Of a DNA stretch of 64,000 nt, positions 42,738 through 56,143 are shown one piece after another (the first letter of the stretch is position 1; every line of letters starts with the position of its first letter). The translations under genes and the position numbers were made by a program. The stretch lies in the NCBI RefSeq assembly GCF_000315625.1, contig NW_005434671.1:1165170-1229169 (forward strand). Direction: 5' to 3'. The notes below the pieces were generated by a model, which worked only from the letters and a program-made list of their open reading frames with translations, searched no databases and was not told the DNA's origin. Source of the stretch: Guillardia theta CCMP2712 (Eukaryota > Protista > Cryptophyta).

Positions 42738-45700
42738 ATGAGGATCGACGAGCAAGACTCTCAAAGGACCATGGATGTCTTACAACGGCCCAAGGAGCTG
42801 ATCAGCGAAGTCATCTCGGCCTTCAGACAGGGAGAAAGCGTGAACTACGTGTCAGGTCATATGCACAGACTTCGCAATCCGAGTGTAAGCATCTGCAACA
42901 GGGCCAAGAACAACAGTCGGGATAGTGTTGAACGGAGTTATGATAGACTTCATGGTGATTGGAGGAATGAGTCGGGTCCTTGTATGATGACTGTGTTTGA
43001 AGATTCCTGGTGGCCCTGCTAGTCAGAATGAAAACTTGGAGCCCAAGGTTCACCGAAGGTATGAAACGGCCAAGTCGTGCTGAGATGTCACTTGCAGGAT
43101 GAGATTGTTGAGGTTGATTCTGTGGCGGCTACTCCGGACAATGTCACCTCCCTACTTCGAGGATCAGATGAAGTTGGAACTCTCGTAAGAGGAGCTGTGT
43201 TTGGAAGGAGAGCATGAGACGTATCACGTGCAGGTTGAGATCAAGTTGAGGAAGCAGGAGACTTCGGAACTTGTCAATGTCATACTCAGCCGGATGTCGC
43301 TAGCCCACGTTCATCACATGCAGGTGATGTCTTCAGGCCAGAAAGCTTTGGCGTGATGAAAACTTTCACTCAGGTTTACAATGAATTGTTCGAGCAACTG
43401 AGATCGGTGAGCAAACGATATCCAGAAGTCGCAGACTTTGTTCGACGCGTCGGTATGAAAGTGAAGGAGATCGATTTCTATCACAACCAAGTCGAAGAAG
43501 AACTTCGTGGAAAGATCATGTCTTCGACCAAGCAACTGCAGAAGGTGCTGGACCTCTTGCGCGAATCTGAGTCGTCGAGCACACGTGGGTCAAAGTATTT
43601 GGATTCGAGTCAAGAAATGCAGAGGGTCATTGCGCATCTCCAGAATCAGTTGAGGAACTCAGAGATCGCTCAGAATCAACTGCGAGCTCAGCTAGCTCGG
43701 GCCGAGCAGAAGAAGAAGTTGTCATCTGGAAGCAGTGAATCCTCTGCCATCTTGAACAACACGCGCACCACTGCAGACTCCCACATGTTCTCCCGGCTAG
43801 ACGAGATTCGGTCTGCTAGGAAAGATCATTACATCCTCATGGAAAACGAGATTGAAGAGCTCAGCGTCAAGTTGCGGGAATCTCAGAATGAGCTCGAGAT
43901 CATGAGCAGCGAGAAAGACGAACTGCTGGGCCGAGAGAAGTACTACAAGAGTCAGATCCAGACCTTGACCAAGGAACTGGATTCGAAGCAGCAAGAGCTT
44001 TCTCGAGCTACGAATGAAGTGTTCAAGCTACACCCGTACAAAGATGCCATGAGCGATGCCTCTCTGGTCAAGAAGCAGCTGAATGAAGCTGAAGGCTTGT
44101 TGGAAAAGGCCTTGGAGAGGGAGGCGAACATAGAGATCGAGTATCACGACGTCAACGAGAGATTTAGTCAAGCTCAGAGAGATGCGAGGATGAAGCAGTC
44201 GAGCCTTGAGGACGAAATCTCGCGGTTGAAATCTCAGCTGGAAGAAAACAACATCTACACGGAGAAGATGCACGCGGATCTCGAAATCTTGAGACGCAAG
44301 AAAGATTCCCTGGAGGAGAAGATCGTGACACTGGAGCGAGAGTTTGACAAGAAGAGTCAGACGCACCTAGAGGTCGAGAGCGACCTCACCAAGCAATGGA
44401 GCTCAGCGAAAGAACAAGTCCAGGTCCTGCACGCCAAACTAAAACATGCCCATGATCAGCTCAACGATGCCTTGGCCTCGGAGCTGAGGCTGAAAAGCAT
44501 GCTCGACGAGTCTCACGCCATGGCTGAGAAATTGCAGCAGGCGCAGCAGCAGATGGAGAAGGAATACCTGGCCAGGATCAAATCTCTGGAGGAACAGCTG
44601 TGCAGAGTCCAGGAACAGATCAGCGAGTTCCAGAGACGAGAATACGAGACGAACGAGCGAGAATGCAAGCTCATGTCGATGCTGGGTAGCCTCGAAGAAG
44701 AGTTCAGGAGCTGCCAGAAGTGTCTTCGGGAAAGTGAGCTTCAGAGCCAAGAGAATAACTCAAAGAGACACGAGTATCAAGCCATGGTTGAGAGGCAACG
44801 GGTTGAAAGCGCCACGAGAGAGGAAGAGTCGTCCAGGAGAATTCAAGATCTCAAGGGTGAAATCAGGGAGCAGCAAGCGAGGTGCCTGTATGCGTTGCCT
44901 CGTCCTCCCCTCATCATGTGTGCTGCTTGCAGGACGCTGGAAGCTGAGAACAAGATACAAAACCTGGAGACAGAGCTGCTCGACCTGACCATGAAGCTGA
45001 AAGTCAAAGCAGCACAGGTGACTTTCATCCATGTCAAGTGCGAAACTCGCACCGCTCACGGGCTCCCGTCAGGCCTCTGAGCTTGAAGAGAAAACGTACG
45101 AGCTGGAGAAATTGCTGCACAGGGGCGAAGAGACCAGCAGGAGGCAGCGAGACGACTTCATCCTCAACTCACAAGCTCGCACTTGGCAACTTGACGCGTT
45201 GAAGAAGAGGATACAGGTCATTCTGCACTCATTGCTACCGCCCATGCTGACCTCATCGAAATAGAACTTCTCCGAGAAGGAAATGCAAGCAAGCGCGCGG
45301 GAGCACGAGCTGCTCAAGACTCTTGAGAAGAGTCAGACTAGCCTTCTGCGAGCAGAGAGCAGCAACGTACACTCAGAGCTTGAGGGCAGGCAGCAGGTGA
45401 TCTCGACGTCGGCAGGCTGTGACGTGTCGATCTGAACAGAAGTTTTTGCAGACTGAGATGCTGAAGATGAAGATCAGGTCCCTGGAAGAGAAGCTGGCAG
45501 CATGTGAGAAGGACAACGAGAACCTGGAGCGCATCATCAACCTGCCAGCTGAGGAGCTCGCGAGTCAGACGCTCGAGAGAAGTTTTGCCGTCAAGCGAGC
45601 CCTCGGGATTAAGGATGCCAACAGCTCACGGCGAGCTGGAAACGACTACTCCAGCTTGGAAGGAGCCTCGTCTAGGGCAGGGAACCCAGTCTCCTTCAAC

Positions 45701-46015
45701 AAGGATGACAGCGCTCCTCCCCAGTCCAGCGATCCTGCGCACAGTGACGGCCGATCAGCGACGCTGGAGGACAGGAAATCTGGCATGGGATTGCGAGAGG
45801 ATCAAAGTCAAGGTCCTGACGGTAAGAGCTCGGCACGGCTGAGCCCCCCCGGCCTTGTGAAAGGAACTTCTTCGATCTCTCCTCTTGCCCAGCAGGTCAT
45901 CACTGCCTTGTCCACAAACACCTACGTACCTTCCAGCCGCCAGAACGCGAACGGCAAGACGTTCAGACCCTCATCGTCCAACCCCGTGGACATGGACGAG
46001 AACTATCTTATTTGA
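42738..46015 (+). CDS. PDZ-domain plus long coiled-coil protein, multi-exon
   Basis: Small exons give TTVGIVLNGVMIDFM/IPGGPAS...LEPK/DEIVEVDSVAATPDNVTSLLRGSDEVGTL/VEIKL (PDZ), followed by the 43353-45080 coiled-coil ORF and terminal exon 45419-46015. Confidence 0.75.
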
Positions 46016-46098
46016 ATGTTGACATGTTTGAAATAAACAACATAGTGTGATCTGCTGATGTTTGTTTTTGTCATCTTGTATAAAAAGAGACATCATCG

Positions 46099-47623
46099 CT
46101 ATCTTAGCTGAGTCAGCGCCATCCGTGCTGCTGCTTCTGACGGTGTCATGTTGGGCCTGGTAACTTTTGCCTGACGGCAAGTCAGGAATGCAAGGAAAGT
46201 CGCAAGTTGCCACTGACTCTGGGGAGGGAAGCTGCCAGCCGCTGGTGGACCGCACTGTACGGTATGCGCTTACAAGGTGACAAGAAGGAGTGAAGATGCA
46301 GGTCAGGCACAACTTGCCTGCTGATTTCTGATCCTTCATCAGCTAGGATGCCGCCTGCCAGAACCATCGTGAACGTCTCTGAGTCAGACGACGAGCAGGA
46401 GAGCCTGCGCGTTCGACCATCATGTTGAGAAGAGCGAGGAGGAGGAGGGGAGAACCTTGCTGCAACTGTCTCTGCAAGTTCGCAGATGTCTTGCGCCGTC
46501 TGCTCCAGGATCTGAGACGCCACAGAGCAGCCATGCTCTCTCTTGGCCTTGACCACAAGTGGTGCAAGGGAAGCAACTTCGTCCCAGCTCGCAAACTTCG
46601 CAGGGACATCGGTCCCCTTCCCGTACGCGATCTCCTGCTGCTCCTTCAGGTCGAGTACAACAGGAGGCAAACAAGACCAGCAGCCCATCTGCACTTGGCA
46701 CCTTATACTTGTCAAGGATCATGCCGAGCAACTCAGTCGTCGGGCCCCTCCCGTCGCTTGCTCGCACAGCTGCTCTCAGCGCAGCAGCCCCCATGCTGTA
46801 CCCGTTGCCACTGTCTCCCAGCAGCGGGCCCATCCCTCCTGCATCCTCAGACATCATCGACTTGCCGGACAGCCTCCTGAAACCTCACCAACTCTCACTC
46901 GTTGCGATCCTCCCTGGGAGATTCCAAGACCAATGCTCCCTGTGCCGCTGATGACTACGATGCCCTCCATCCTCCCTCCCGTTCCACTACACAAAGCAAT
47001 CACTGAGTCATTCTCCACTATGGCCTTGCACGAAGGAAACTTAGACGCGCAGATCTGTCATGGCGTGTCAACTGACCAGCCCAAATCGCTCAGACAAGCA
47101 ATTGAGATACCGAAAGCCAGAAATCCACATCACTGGGTGTATCACAACCTGACATTCCGAGAACGATGCACTGAACATCTTTCATATCAGCATTTCCAGC
47201 CTGATGCGTGTCAATTCTTGACACCATGGGTCATGTAGACATGTAACCTTCAAGCTGTCCTGGACTGCAGCGACGAGGGACATCGTGGCTTGATCCTTTC
47301 CCACACTATTCTTGTTTGTGCTGCCTGAAGTAGCCTTTCCAACTATTTGCCCTGCATTGGAAACTCAAATCCATACAAGCATTTCATCTCCCCTGCTCTT
47401 CCCTGCTCTGCTCTACCCGAATGAACTTCCCGACTCCTCCCCTTGCCCCCCATCCCCTTGCCTTGCCTCCTCTCAATTCTCCCTTCCTCTACTCTCCCCT
47501 GCCCTCCTCTTCGTCCCTTGTCAGTCACCTCATCGTGTTTCACCTCCTCGCTTTCTCACCTTCCCCGTCCATGACCGTCGCCTCCGTCTTCGTTGCCCCT
47601 CCATCTACCCCGATAACCAGCAT
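46099..47623 (-). CDS. N-acetylglucosamine kinase-like (BadF/BadG/BcrA/BcrD ATPase family)
   Basis: MLVIGVDGGATKT (phosphate-1 motif), ISGTGSI, GGMGPLLGDSGNGYSMG, ASDGRGPTT, VLAGGIL. Confidence 0.85.
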
Positions 47624-47726
47624 TTTCCTCGAAAAGCACCAGTTGAGGCGGGTCCGGTGAAAGTGCTTTTGACCTGCGGGCCTGAGAGGAGATGTGGTTC
47701 AGATTTGAATAGCGAAGGGCGGGAAG

Positions 47727-49960
47727 ATGGCGACGAAGCGGGAGGGGACGGGAAGGGTGGGACAAGTGGAGAGGGAGGAGGAGGTGAAGGGCATGCAGGA
47801 AGATAGCTGAGAGAAAGGGGAGGAGAGATATGAGGACGGAGGATCTCGAGACTGGATGAAGATGCAGGTGATGGGAAAGTTGTTGTCAGAACAGGCGCAT
47901 CGGGCTGCCGTGGACGAAAGGAAGATGAGAACCTTGAAAATCACAGTTTCAGTGCATAGGAAAAGCTCAATGACTTAGAACAAGCACTAGAGAACCACCT
48001 GATGTTGAATCACGGCAAACACTCAAAATCAAGCATATCAAAGACCTCGCATTTGTATTTCAATTTAGAGGCAGTGTGTCAACAGGGAAGAGTTTCCTAG
48101 TGAGCAGTTCATTGAAAGAATAGCAGAGGCAAAAATGCAGTGCTTTATGAGAATGAGTGGAAGATGATGAAGGATGTTTCACATTTCATTCAAACTTTTT
48201 CAGACCGTTGGCGTCTTCTCCAAAGCAGTCAGAGATTGTTTTCCGGGTACTTCTTTCGTACAAGATCAAACATACATGTGACATTCACAATCTGTCAGCA
48301 TGACGGACAACGCAAATACAGGTGAATCCCTGCTAATTCAAGGTATAGATCACTTCCCATTTTTGTGCGATGTCTTACGTATGTACGACAGATGGTAATC
48401 TGACATGCTCATTTCTGTAATAGCGTCAGCAATGTCACCAGCGCCAGGTGAACTTCATACGCATACTTTGGAATAGGAGATTTATTTGTTTTCGTTTTGT
48501 ACAGGCGCGCAGAGAGGTGTCTATTGGAAAAGGAATGATAGCATGAGGCTGGTCCATCTGTTGATAGGTACAAAATCATTCCCTCCGGTAGAGAAGTCTC
48601 AGTTTTCAACAGACCCGGACCTCAAACCTGCCTTCCTCAACTTGGAGTCTCAAGCGCACCGAGGCTCCATGGAATCGGCATTACTTAACTTCAAGCAATT
48701 CTGGACGATGGTACTCGCGTCCTGTCGCCGATCTGTCTGACCCCCTCACAAGGCTGCCCAAAAGTTCAACGATGAGGAGTGGAGGCCTCCTCACCTCTTT
48801 CCCAACGACCCGCATCTCAGCCGGTGCAGATCTTTCACGCCATCCAAGAAGAGCAAAGAGGTTTTCTATGCAGCTCTTTATCATGGCAATTCATATGCAC
48901 ACTAGATCGAAGCCAACTATCTGCGTGAGAAATACAAAGCCCTTCGAAGACAGGTATCTTTCACGAAAAGTGGTTGAGGAATCTTACAAAAGAAACAATG
49001 CAGTTCAGTAGCAGTTTCAAGAAGTGGGAGGAGATCGGAAACAACAAGATTGAAAGCTTCTGGAAGTGCAGTGGAGCTGCTCCTGGAACCAGCGACGAAG
49101 GCTGTTGGTACATGTTCTTGGTGCTGTGGATTGGAAAGCACGAAGTATTCTGCATTCATTCCACCATTCATCGTGACACCCTGTTGTTCAGGATGTCCTT
49201 GCTGCCGTGTTGGACAAGGGCCCAGATCATCCCATGGGCTCGGTTGGACCTGTGACCAAAAATGGTTCTCACACTGACAACCTGGTAGAGTGGACTTTAC
49301 AAATTCGAATCGGACGGATTGTTTCGTGGCGTCAAACGTCAGGTGCTTCCGAGTAGATTTCGGGAATCTTTGTGATTGATTTGATCTTCAGCGCTCGTAC
49401 ATGTACTTCGACGACCAAGATTTCTCGCACGAACTTCAACAAGAGCTGAGGGTCATGCCTGACGCTGGTTTGTTCCTGTTATGTATTGATTCTTTGTCCG
49501 ACAGATAGAATCCATTTTCAAACAGCAGGCTGAAGTTTTGAAGTTTGCTGACCTTTGCTTTCGTGGTATGCCCTCGTTTGACCACTAGCACATCGTTGAT
49601 GTTTCCTGCAGGCACCAACGAAGCTATCGATGAAGAGCAGCGCGCTTTTTGGAGGCAGCAAATGGTCCTCAACATACTCACTGTCCCGCCCTTTTTGTCT
49701 GCCTTGATATCTAAACCGTGACCACTAAGATGTCCCTTCCTTCTGCCCTTCTTTCCTTGTTCACTTCTCACATGACTTTGATCTTTTGACGCAGATCACT
49801 GCCCATGCTCAACTGAGCAGCGTGCAGGCGAAGCTTCCGCAGCCTCACTCTGCCCATCAGGTTGGCATTGTCCGACGACTAATGCTGATGACTTGACTGG
49901 GCCTTGCAGAACAATGCCGAGGGACACGATCACCTCGCCGTCATCTAATACAAGAGGCTT
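47727..49960 (+). CDS. Hypothetical multi-exon protein, possible Myb/SANT-like (trihelix) region
   Basis: Exons RNDSMRLVHLLI/DPDLKPAFL...QFWTM/AAQKFNDEEWRP...LREKYKALRRQ/FSSSFKKWEEIGNN with regular GT-AG introns; both ends uncertain. Confidence 0.4.
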
Positions 49961-50638
49961 TTTGTTTTAACTTTCACTTGGAGTGTCAAGACCTTCGGGT
50001 TCCTTCCTGTGTGGACTAACAGAGCAGAGCGTTGGTACTTTAACTTGTGACTTAAATGCGTAATGAAAGCGATGAGACTACAACTGTGCTCAAGTTCCTA
50101 AGATTATGAGTCCCTGTCCGCCAGCTAGCAGATACGTACCCCTACCCTTCGAATGCAGATCCTGAAAGGGGGTAGTGGTGGAGGTCCATAGGGTGGCAGC
50201 TTGGGGGACTATGAGGGGTGGACGAGAACTTGGGCTTGGGGTGACAGTCTAATGTGTACCCCTACTTCAATAAGAAATTTTTAGATATTTGGGGGGTAGG
50301 GTGATCCTTGCAGGGAACTTAGGGATATAGCTGGGGTAGCTGTGGAGTGGAAGAGGGGGTGGGGTCATCAGCCTCCAGGTGGGTAGGGTCTGCAATGGCG
50401 AAGTTGACCTACAAATTTTAACAGCGGCATGCCGCTGTATTATGGGGGGGAGACTGGGGGGTAGGGGTACCCACAACCATGCTCGGGGGTTCGGTACCCC
50501 TAGAAAAGAATGTTCGGAAGGGGTAGGGTTATAGGAAAAGGGGGTCGGGTGGTAGAGGAGTGTGGAGATGGTGGCGGGATGAAAGCGGCCGGAGGCGGCG
50601 GAGGAGGAGAGCGATCGATAAGAATTCAGACCCTCCGT

Positions 50639-52777
50639 ATGAAGATGAGGTTTGCTTCCCTTCGATCAGGTAAGAACATCATGGAGAAGATGTAACTCGA
50701 CTTGTTGAGAGGAAGGAGAGGCAGAAATCTTTTGTCAGATCAACTTGATGTCAATCAGAGTAGTAGTGCGCGAGAGAATCTGTTTGTTGCGATGACTCAG
50801 AACATGATGTCTACATGTTTTCAATTGAAATGAGTTTTATAATCTTTATTCTTACTTTTGTCCTGACTGCAAGTTCATCCTGACTTGATGTTATTCTTTT
50901 CTTCATGACAGCACCGCGAGACCTATGGTATATTTACGTTCTCAAATTCCTTGAAAGCTATTCATATTTCTCCATGGCGGTAAGCTTGCTATCATTAGTT
51001 ATCTTTACATCACGTCAGGAAAATAGGATGACGCTCTGTGTGCAGGTCGTCTGTACCATCTTCCTATCGGATGAATTCGGCTTGAACGATGCGCAAGCAG
51101 GGTTCGCGTATGGTTTAATGGGCACCTTCTCGTCAGTGTATGGGTTTGTGATTGGATTTGTGGTGGACAAGATTGGAATTCGAAGATCTCTTCTCTTGGG
51201 ATGCTCCCTGTCCCTCATTGGACGTTGTACCCTCACCTTCTGTCAATCACCTATATTGCTCGCAGTCATAATGTACATATTTCTCCCCGCCGGCCATTGC
51301 TTGTGCATACCTGTCATGACGCTAGCAATCAAAGGATACACCACTTCCAAGAACAGAGGGTTTGCATACGGCATCTTCTACGGGATCATGAACGCTGGAA
51401 TTTTGGTATCGGGACTGGTTGTGGATTTTTTCAACATGAAATACCCTCGAGCAAGCATGAAGTACGCTTTGAACGGCACATCAACAGCTCATACATTTGA
51501 TGCTGATGGTTGGAACTTGACGGCTAATCGTTGCGTTTTTGCTACTGGGACCATGTCAACAGCTGTTATGCTCTTTGTATCCTTCTTCTTTGTGGAGAAC
51601 AAAGGGTCGAGTAGATTTTCCTCACAGGTAATGAGACCGATGTTTGTGTCCTTGTATCTGAGAGGAATGAACAGGATTTCAACGATGATTCCAATGCAAA
51701 GCTGTTGCCCTCCACAGATGACTCCTGGTCAAACTCATGCACGAGGAAAAGTCTGTGCGAAGATCTGAAGGAGATCGGCACTGATTCTTCCTTTTGGCGA
51801 TTTCTGGGGTTCACAGCAGTGAGTTGCAAAACTCTTGCTTTCATTTACTACGTGGGTGACATTGTCAACTCAGATTATGATTAACTTGCGCTCTTTGTTT
51901 CGTCACCTCGATGCAACGCTGCCAAAGGTTTCAGCCAGCAATTTGGTGCGTGTAGCACTGACATCTCTTGGTGCAGTACATGATGAGAGAATTCGGCGAT
52001 CAAGTGGCAAAAGGCAGCATCTACGCACTGAATCCGTTAACGATCATCTTCCTTGTCCCGATCGTTTCAGCTGTCACGACCAACATTGACAATTTCGAAG
52101 CAATCCAGATCGGTCTTCATCTCCGACTGATATATTCTCCTTTTTTGAATTTTGTCCTTGTAGGCGCCTACTTGTCTGCTTTCTCCGTTTTCTTCTTGCC
52201 TTCAACACATCGCTAACAGCATGTGCTCTCTTTGTCTTCATCCTTTCTTTCGGAGAGGTCTGACCCGCTATTGCATGAAAACCCTGTTCACCTGTCTTAC
52301 TCAACAGGCCCTGTGGTCCCCCAGACTTTATGATTATACAGTATCAGTGGCACCAAAGGGGAAGGAAGGAGCGTTCATGGCGCTGGGAAATGCTCCTCTC
52401 TTCTTCTCAACGATGCCAGTGGGACTCCTCTCGGGCTATCTCCTTCAGGTCGATCTCCTCTGACCGATTCCTCCTCGTCCTTCACCTGCTCTCTTTCCTC
52501 ACCCTCTCCCCTGCTACATATGTTTCTCATGCCTCTGTGATCCTCAGGTCTTCTGTCCTGCACAGGGTCCCCGACGAAGCAAGGAGATGTGGTTTGTCAT
52601 CGGACTGATCACGCTTTCGAGCCCGATCCTCCTGACGATCACCAAGAAGTGGATACGGGAACCCGTGCGACAGACGAAGCTGCGAGAGGTGTCTTGTGTC
52701 TCCTGCGTAGAGCATCTTCCCTGACTCGTCGGCTGATTGCAGGAGCATGAAAACGAGCTCGTGGAATTGCACGTGAA
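50639..52777 (+). CDS. MFS transporter, POT/PTR-like
   Basis: LKFLESYSYFS, GFVVDKIGIRRSLLLG (MFS motif A), RGFAYGIFYGIMNAG, ALNPLTIIFLVP, GEALWSPRLYDY, APKGKEGAFMALG. Confidence 0.85.
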
Positions 52778-53029
52778 TGGAAATCAATCGAACCATTCAA
52801 GTCAGCCGGAGAACGAGACTCAGTTGCTCAAGTCAAGGGGAACGTCTGGTGATAACGCAGGGTCGTCGTAGAGCTCCCTGTGGTCATGGCAAATTATTCT
52901 TTACTGTGATGAGTGCTAGTTTGGCTATTGTACATTCGAAGTGGTCAGACCTCCGCATAGAGCAATCTGAACAGCTGCAAGAGGGTGTGGGCAACGGAAA
53001 GAGCAAGAGCAATGTGCTGCAGTATCTGT

Positions 53030-53790
53030 GAGGCTAGTGTAAGGTGGAGATACGCCTGGATTCAGTTTCTCGGCAGTGTATGTTGGGTTCAGTCCGATTC
53101 GGCGACGATGCCAGTCTCTTGAGCAGTCTCAGCAGCAGATGGTAAAGGTGGGACACTTGTGAGCGACTTGTAAGGCTGTCGGTGGAAACAGGAGAAGGAA
53201 GATCCTGCCGCCCGCGATCTATGCTGTGGATTCGAAATCCTTTGCGAAGATCTGCTGTAAACTAGTGAGTACAAGTTCGAAACGATAGTGATCTGTTGTT
53301 ACTGGTTCTTAAAGTGTCAAATTTGGCATTCTCGTTTGTCGCCGCCATGAACAAGGTCATCTCTAACGTCTGCGCATTCTCTCGTTCTTTGGCCTACGAG
53401 GAAGTGTCACGTGACGAACATCGCCTGCTCGTCCTCCTTTCTCACCCATGCCTTGTCTGCTCGGATGTCTGCGATCCCGCACGGACGCCCATGCGTGCGC
53501 TCGAAGTTTGACGCTCGTTTGCCCAGACGCACCCGCAAGATCTCGAGAGATTTCTTCATCTTCATCTCTACTGTATGGTCTGTGTGGTCCATCCTGGTCA
53601 TCGAAGTGAGAAAGGGACGAACGTAAAATGGCTGTTTGTCTTGTTTGCTTCTTGCCTGACTAGCGTCTGGTATCCTTCCATCTTGTATCGCTGCCAGTCT
53701 TACAGAAATCCATATATCAATTAAGATTTCTATGCTGTTTTCCCATTCATCTGTGATTTTACCTCTTGTAGAACTCTCATTTCACCATGC
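53030..53790 (-). CDS. Hypothetical protein
   Basis: Exon LEILRVRLGKRASNFERTHGRPCGIADIRADKAW loosely resembles the Sld2/RECQL4/FAM13 'F...HGR.P...DI' motif; boundaries uncertain. Confidence 0.3.
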
Positions 53791-53819
53791 CTTGCCTTCT
53801 TTCTCCTTATTCCTCGTTG

Positions 53820-53822
<3 letters not shown>

Positions 53823-53899
<77 letters not shown>
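53823..53899. repeat. (CT)n microsatellite
   Basis: About 38 dinucleotide units. Confidence 0.95.
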
Positions 53900-53901
<2 letters not shown>

Positions 53902-55175
53902 GTCCTAAAGGACCATGTACCACTCCTACTCATGCACCTTGCCTCGTCCTCGTCCTCGTCCTCGTCCTGCTCCCCTCTCCTTGCTGGATCCCTTATCCCT
54001 CCGATACCGTACGGCCTCGTACTCTGGACTGCCCGACTCTTTCCCCACCCCACCCCCAATCGGGAGGTACAGGTGGGGTTCTCCGAAGAGGCCCGCCTTG
54101 GTTAGCTCCTTCATGTCACGGTACTGACCAGTTAAGCCCAACATGTGTAGATGAGAGGTACAGAAGACAAGGAAGGTGAAGAAGAAGCCAAGTATGACAA
54201 GATCACGACGACAACAGTCAGGAGATGTCAAGAGAGCAGACATGCTCAGGACAAACATGATGAAAACATAAATGAAGCATATGAATGAAGAAGACCCATG
54301 AAGAAGATGGATGAAGAACGATAAGCCAAGGATGGTGATAGCAAGGGCGAAGGACGAAGGTGGACAGCATAGAAGAACACAACGAGAGCATGGCGTTACA
54401 TCACAAGGCGTCACATCACAAGATGATGCTGAAGACAAGCTTTCATACACTTGCAACCGTTGAAGGAGCGCAACGACTTGACGTCATCAAGATATGCTGA
54501 TCGTCAAGCTATTATAATATCTTCCTATTTCATGAACTTGTGTGTTATGTGTTTGTGTGAATTTGTCTGCAACATCTTACTTGGCTGAATGTATCATGAA
54601 ATCACATGTGTTGTTTTCAAGATTGATATTCGTAGATCATGAAATGATTTAGCACGACTTGTAACAACCCGGATAAGTTCTTGAAGACGGTGAGAAGTTC
54701 AGGGTAATGTGTCTCATCAGCGGACGAAGCTCAGGGGGCCTGATGGTCAGAACTTAGATCGGGACTTAGGAAATCGATCAGAGGACACGTAGGGGCGCAG
54801 TGTGCATTGAGGGTGGACGCAAGGATGTGAGGGTAGGAGGTTGCTGTAAATAAAGGAAGAATTGGCGGTGTTGAGTGATCAATCTGAGAGTCTAAGTTGG
54901 AGTGTCAGAAGGTTGTACAACTCGACGTGAACTCAGCTTCCGAGTCCAGCTGGACTGTGAGGATGGGTTCAGATCGTAGGTTCCAAGGCAGAGTACTTGC
55001 AAGCTGCTCAGGTGCCCGCGCGAGTACGAAACTTGGCCACAGGGGCTTCTTCTGATCGCGCTTCTGTACTTTCATGATATCTGGAGGAGGCATGCCAGGT
55101 GCTGGGGGAGGAACCTATGAAGAGTCGGAAAGCGAGATGAGAAGCAGCTGCTGCTGCTGCAGAAGGAGAACTTCG

Positions 55176-55292
55176 GAATGAGAAGCAGCTGCAGCTTCAG
55201 TTGAAGGAGAATGAGAAGCAGGTGCAGCGGCTTCAGTTGAAGGAGAATGAGAAGCAGCTGCAGCTGCAGTTGAAGGAGAATGAGAAGCAGCT
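55176..55292 (+). repeat. ~30-33 bp tandem repeat (x4) encoding ENEKQLQLQLK
   Basis: gaatgagaagcagctgcagcttcagttgaagga repeated with variants. Confidence 0.8.
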
Positions 55293-55771
55293 CAGTGCAG
55301 CTACAGCAGTTGAAACGGGATAATAGGGATTTTTCCAATTACAACAAGCGCCAACTGTCCACTTGATGATTTTGTGAGTGGAGTATATTTTGGCACAGTG
55401 ACTCGAAGGAAAGAAACGAAATTCCAACTCAACAAAGCTCGTGTCTGACCTGCTTGAAGGATACTGCTGTGTGAGAAGCGAACACACAGGACACGAGGGA
55501 GGCAAATGAGTGAACATAAGAACATCGGAGATGTAATCCCATGACTCAAAGGTGTGTGTTTTGATTGATGATTGAAAGCGGCAGGATGATTGTCACGTGC
55601 AAACACAGGTCTGGTTGAGACGCTGTTTATGAAGGCTTTACGGTCGGCAAGGATAAGGTGGTCCAATCCGCGGTAGTAGAGGTGCCGCAGAGGGACTCGA
55701 ACCTGATTAAGCGAGGGCTGATCTCCACGAGTGACATGAATCAGCTCCTGTAAGACCAATAAAGCCTTCAG

Positions 55772-56039
55772 ACGAGCAGTATGGGAAGAGACTGGGCTAC
55801 TAGAGGACGTCTTCAACGAGCCGCAGTATGGGAAGAGACCGGGCTACTAGAGGACGTCTTCAACGAGCAGTATGGGAAGAGACCGGGCTACTAGAGGACG
55901 TCTTCAACGAGCAGTATGGGAAGAGACTGGGCTACTAGAGGACGTCTTCAACGAGCAGTATGGGAAGAGACCGGGCTACTAGAGGACGTCTTCAACGAGC
56001 AGTATGGGAAGAGACCGGGCGCGGCTACTAGAGGACGTC
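55772..56039. repeat. 44-bp minisatellite, 6 copies
   Basis: acgagcagtatgggaagagac(t/c)gggctactagaggacgtcttca head-to-tail, with small insertions in copies 2 and 6. Confidence 0.95.
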
Positions 56040-56143
56040 ATCAGAGGAGAAGAGATTTTTCTCAGTGATGAGACTCCGGTTTGCCTTGGGCCCGCCCCGG
56101 AGTCTGGAACGATTGGGAGATGCTGGGGGAGATGGCTGAGGGA

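Noticed and set aside
55772-56039. 44-bp repeats as a CRISPR array
   Set aside because: The units are head-to-tail with no unique spacers, there are no cas genes, and the context is eukaryotic
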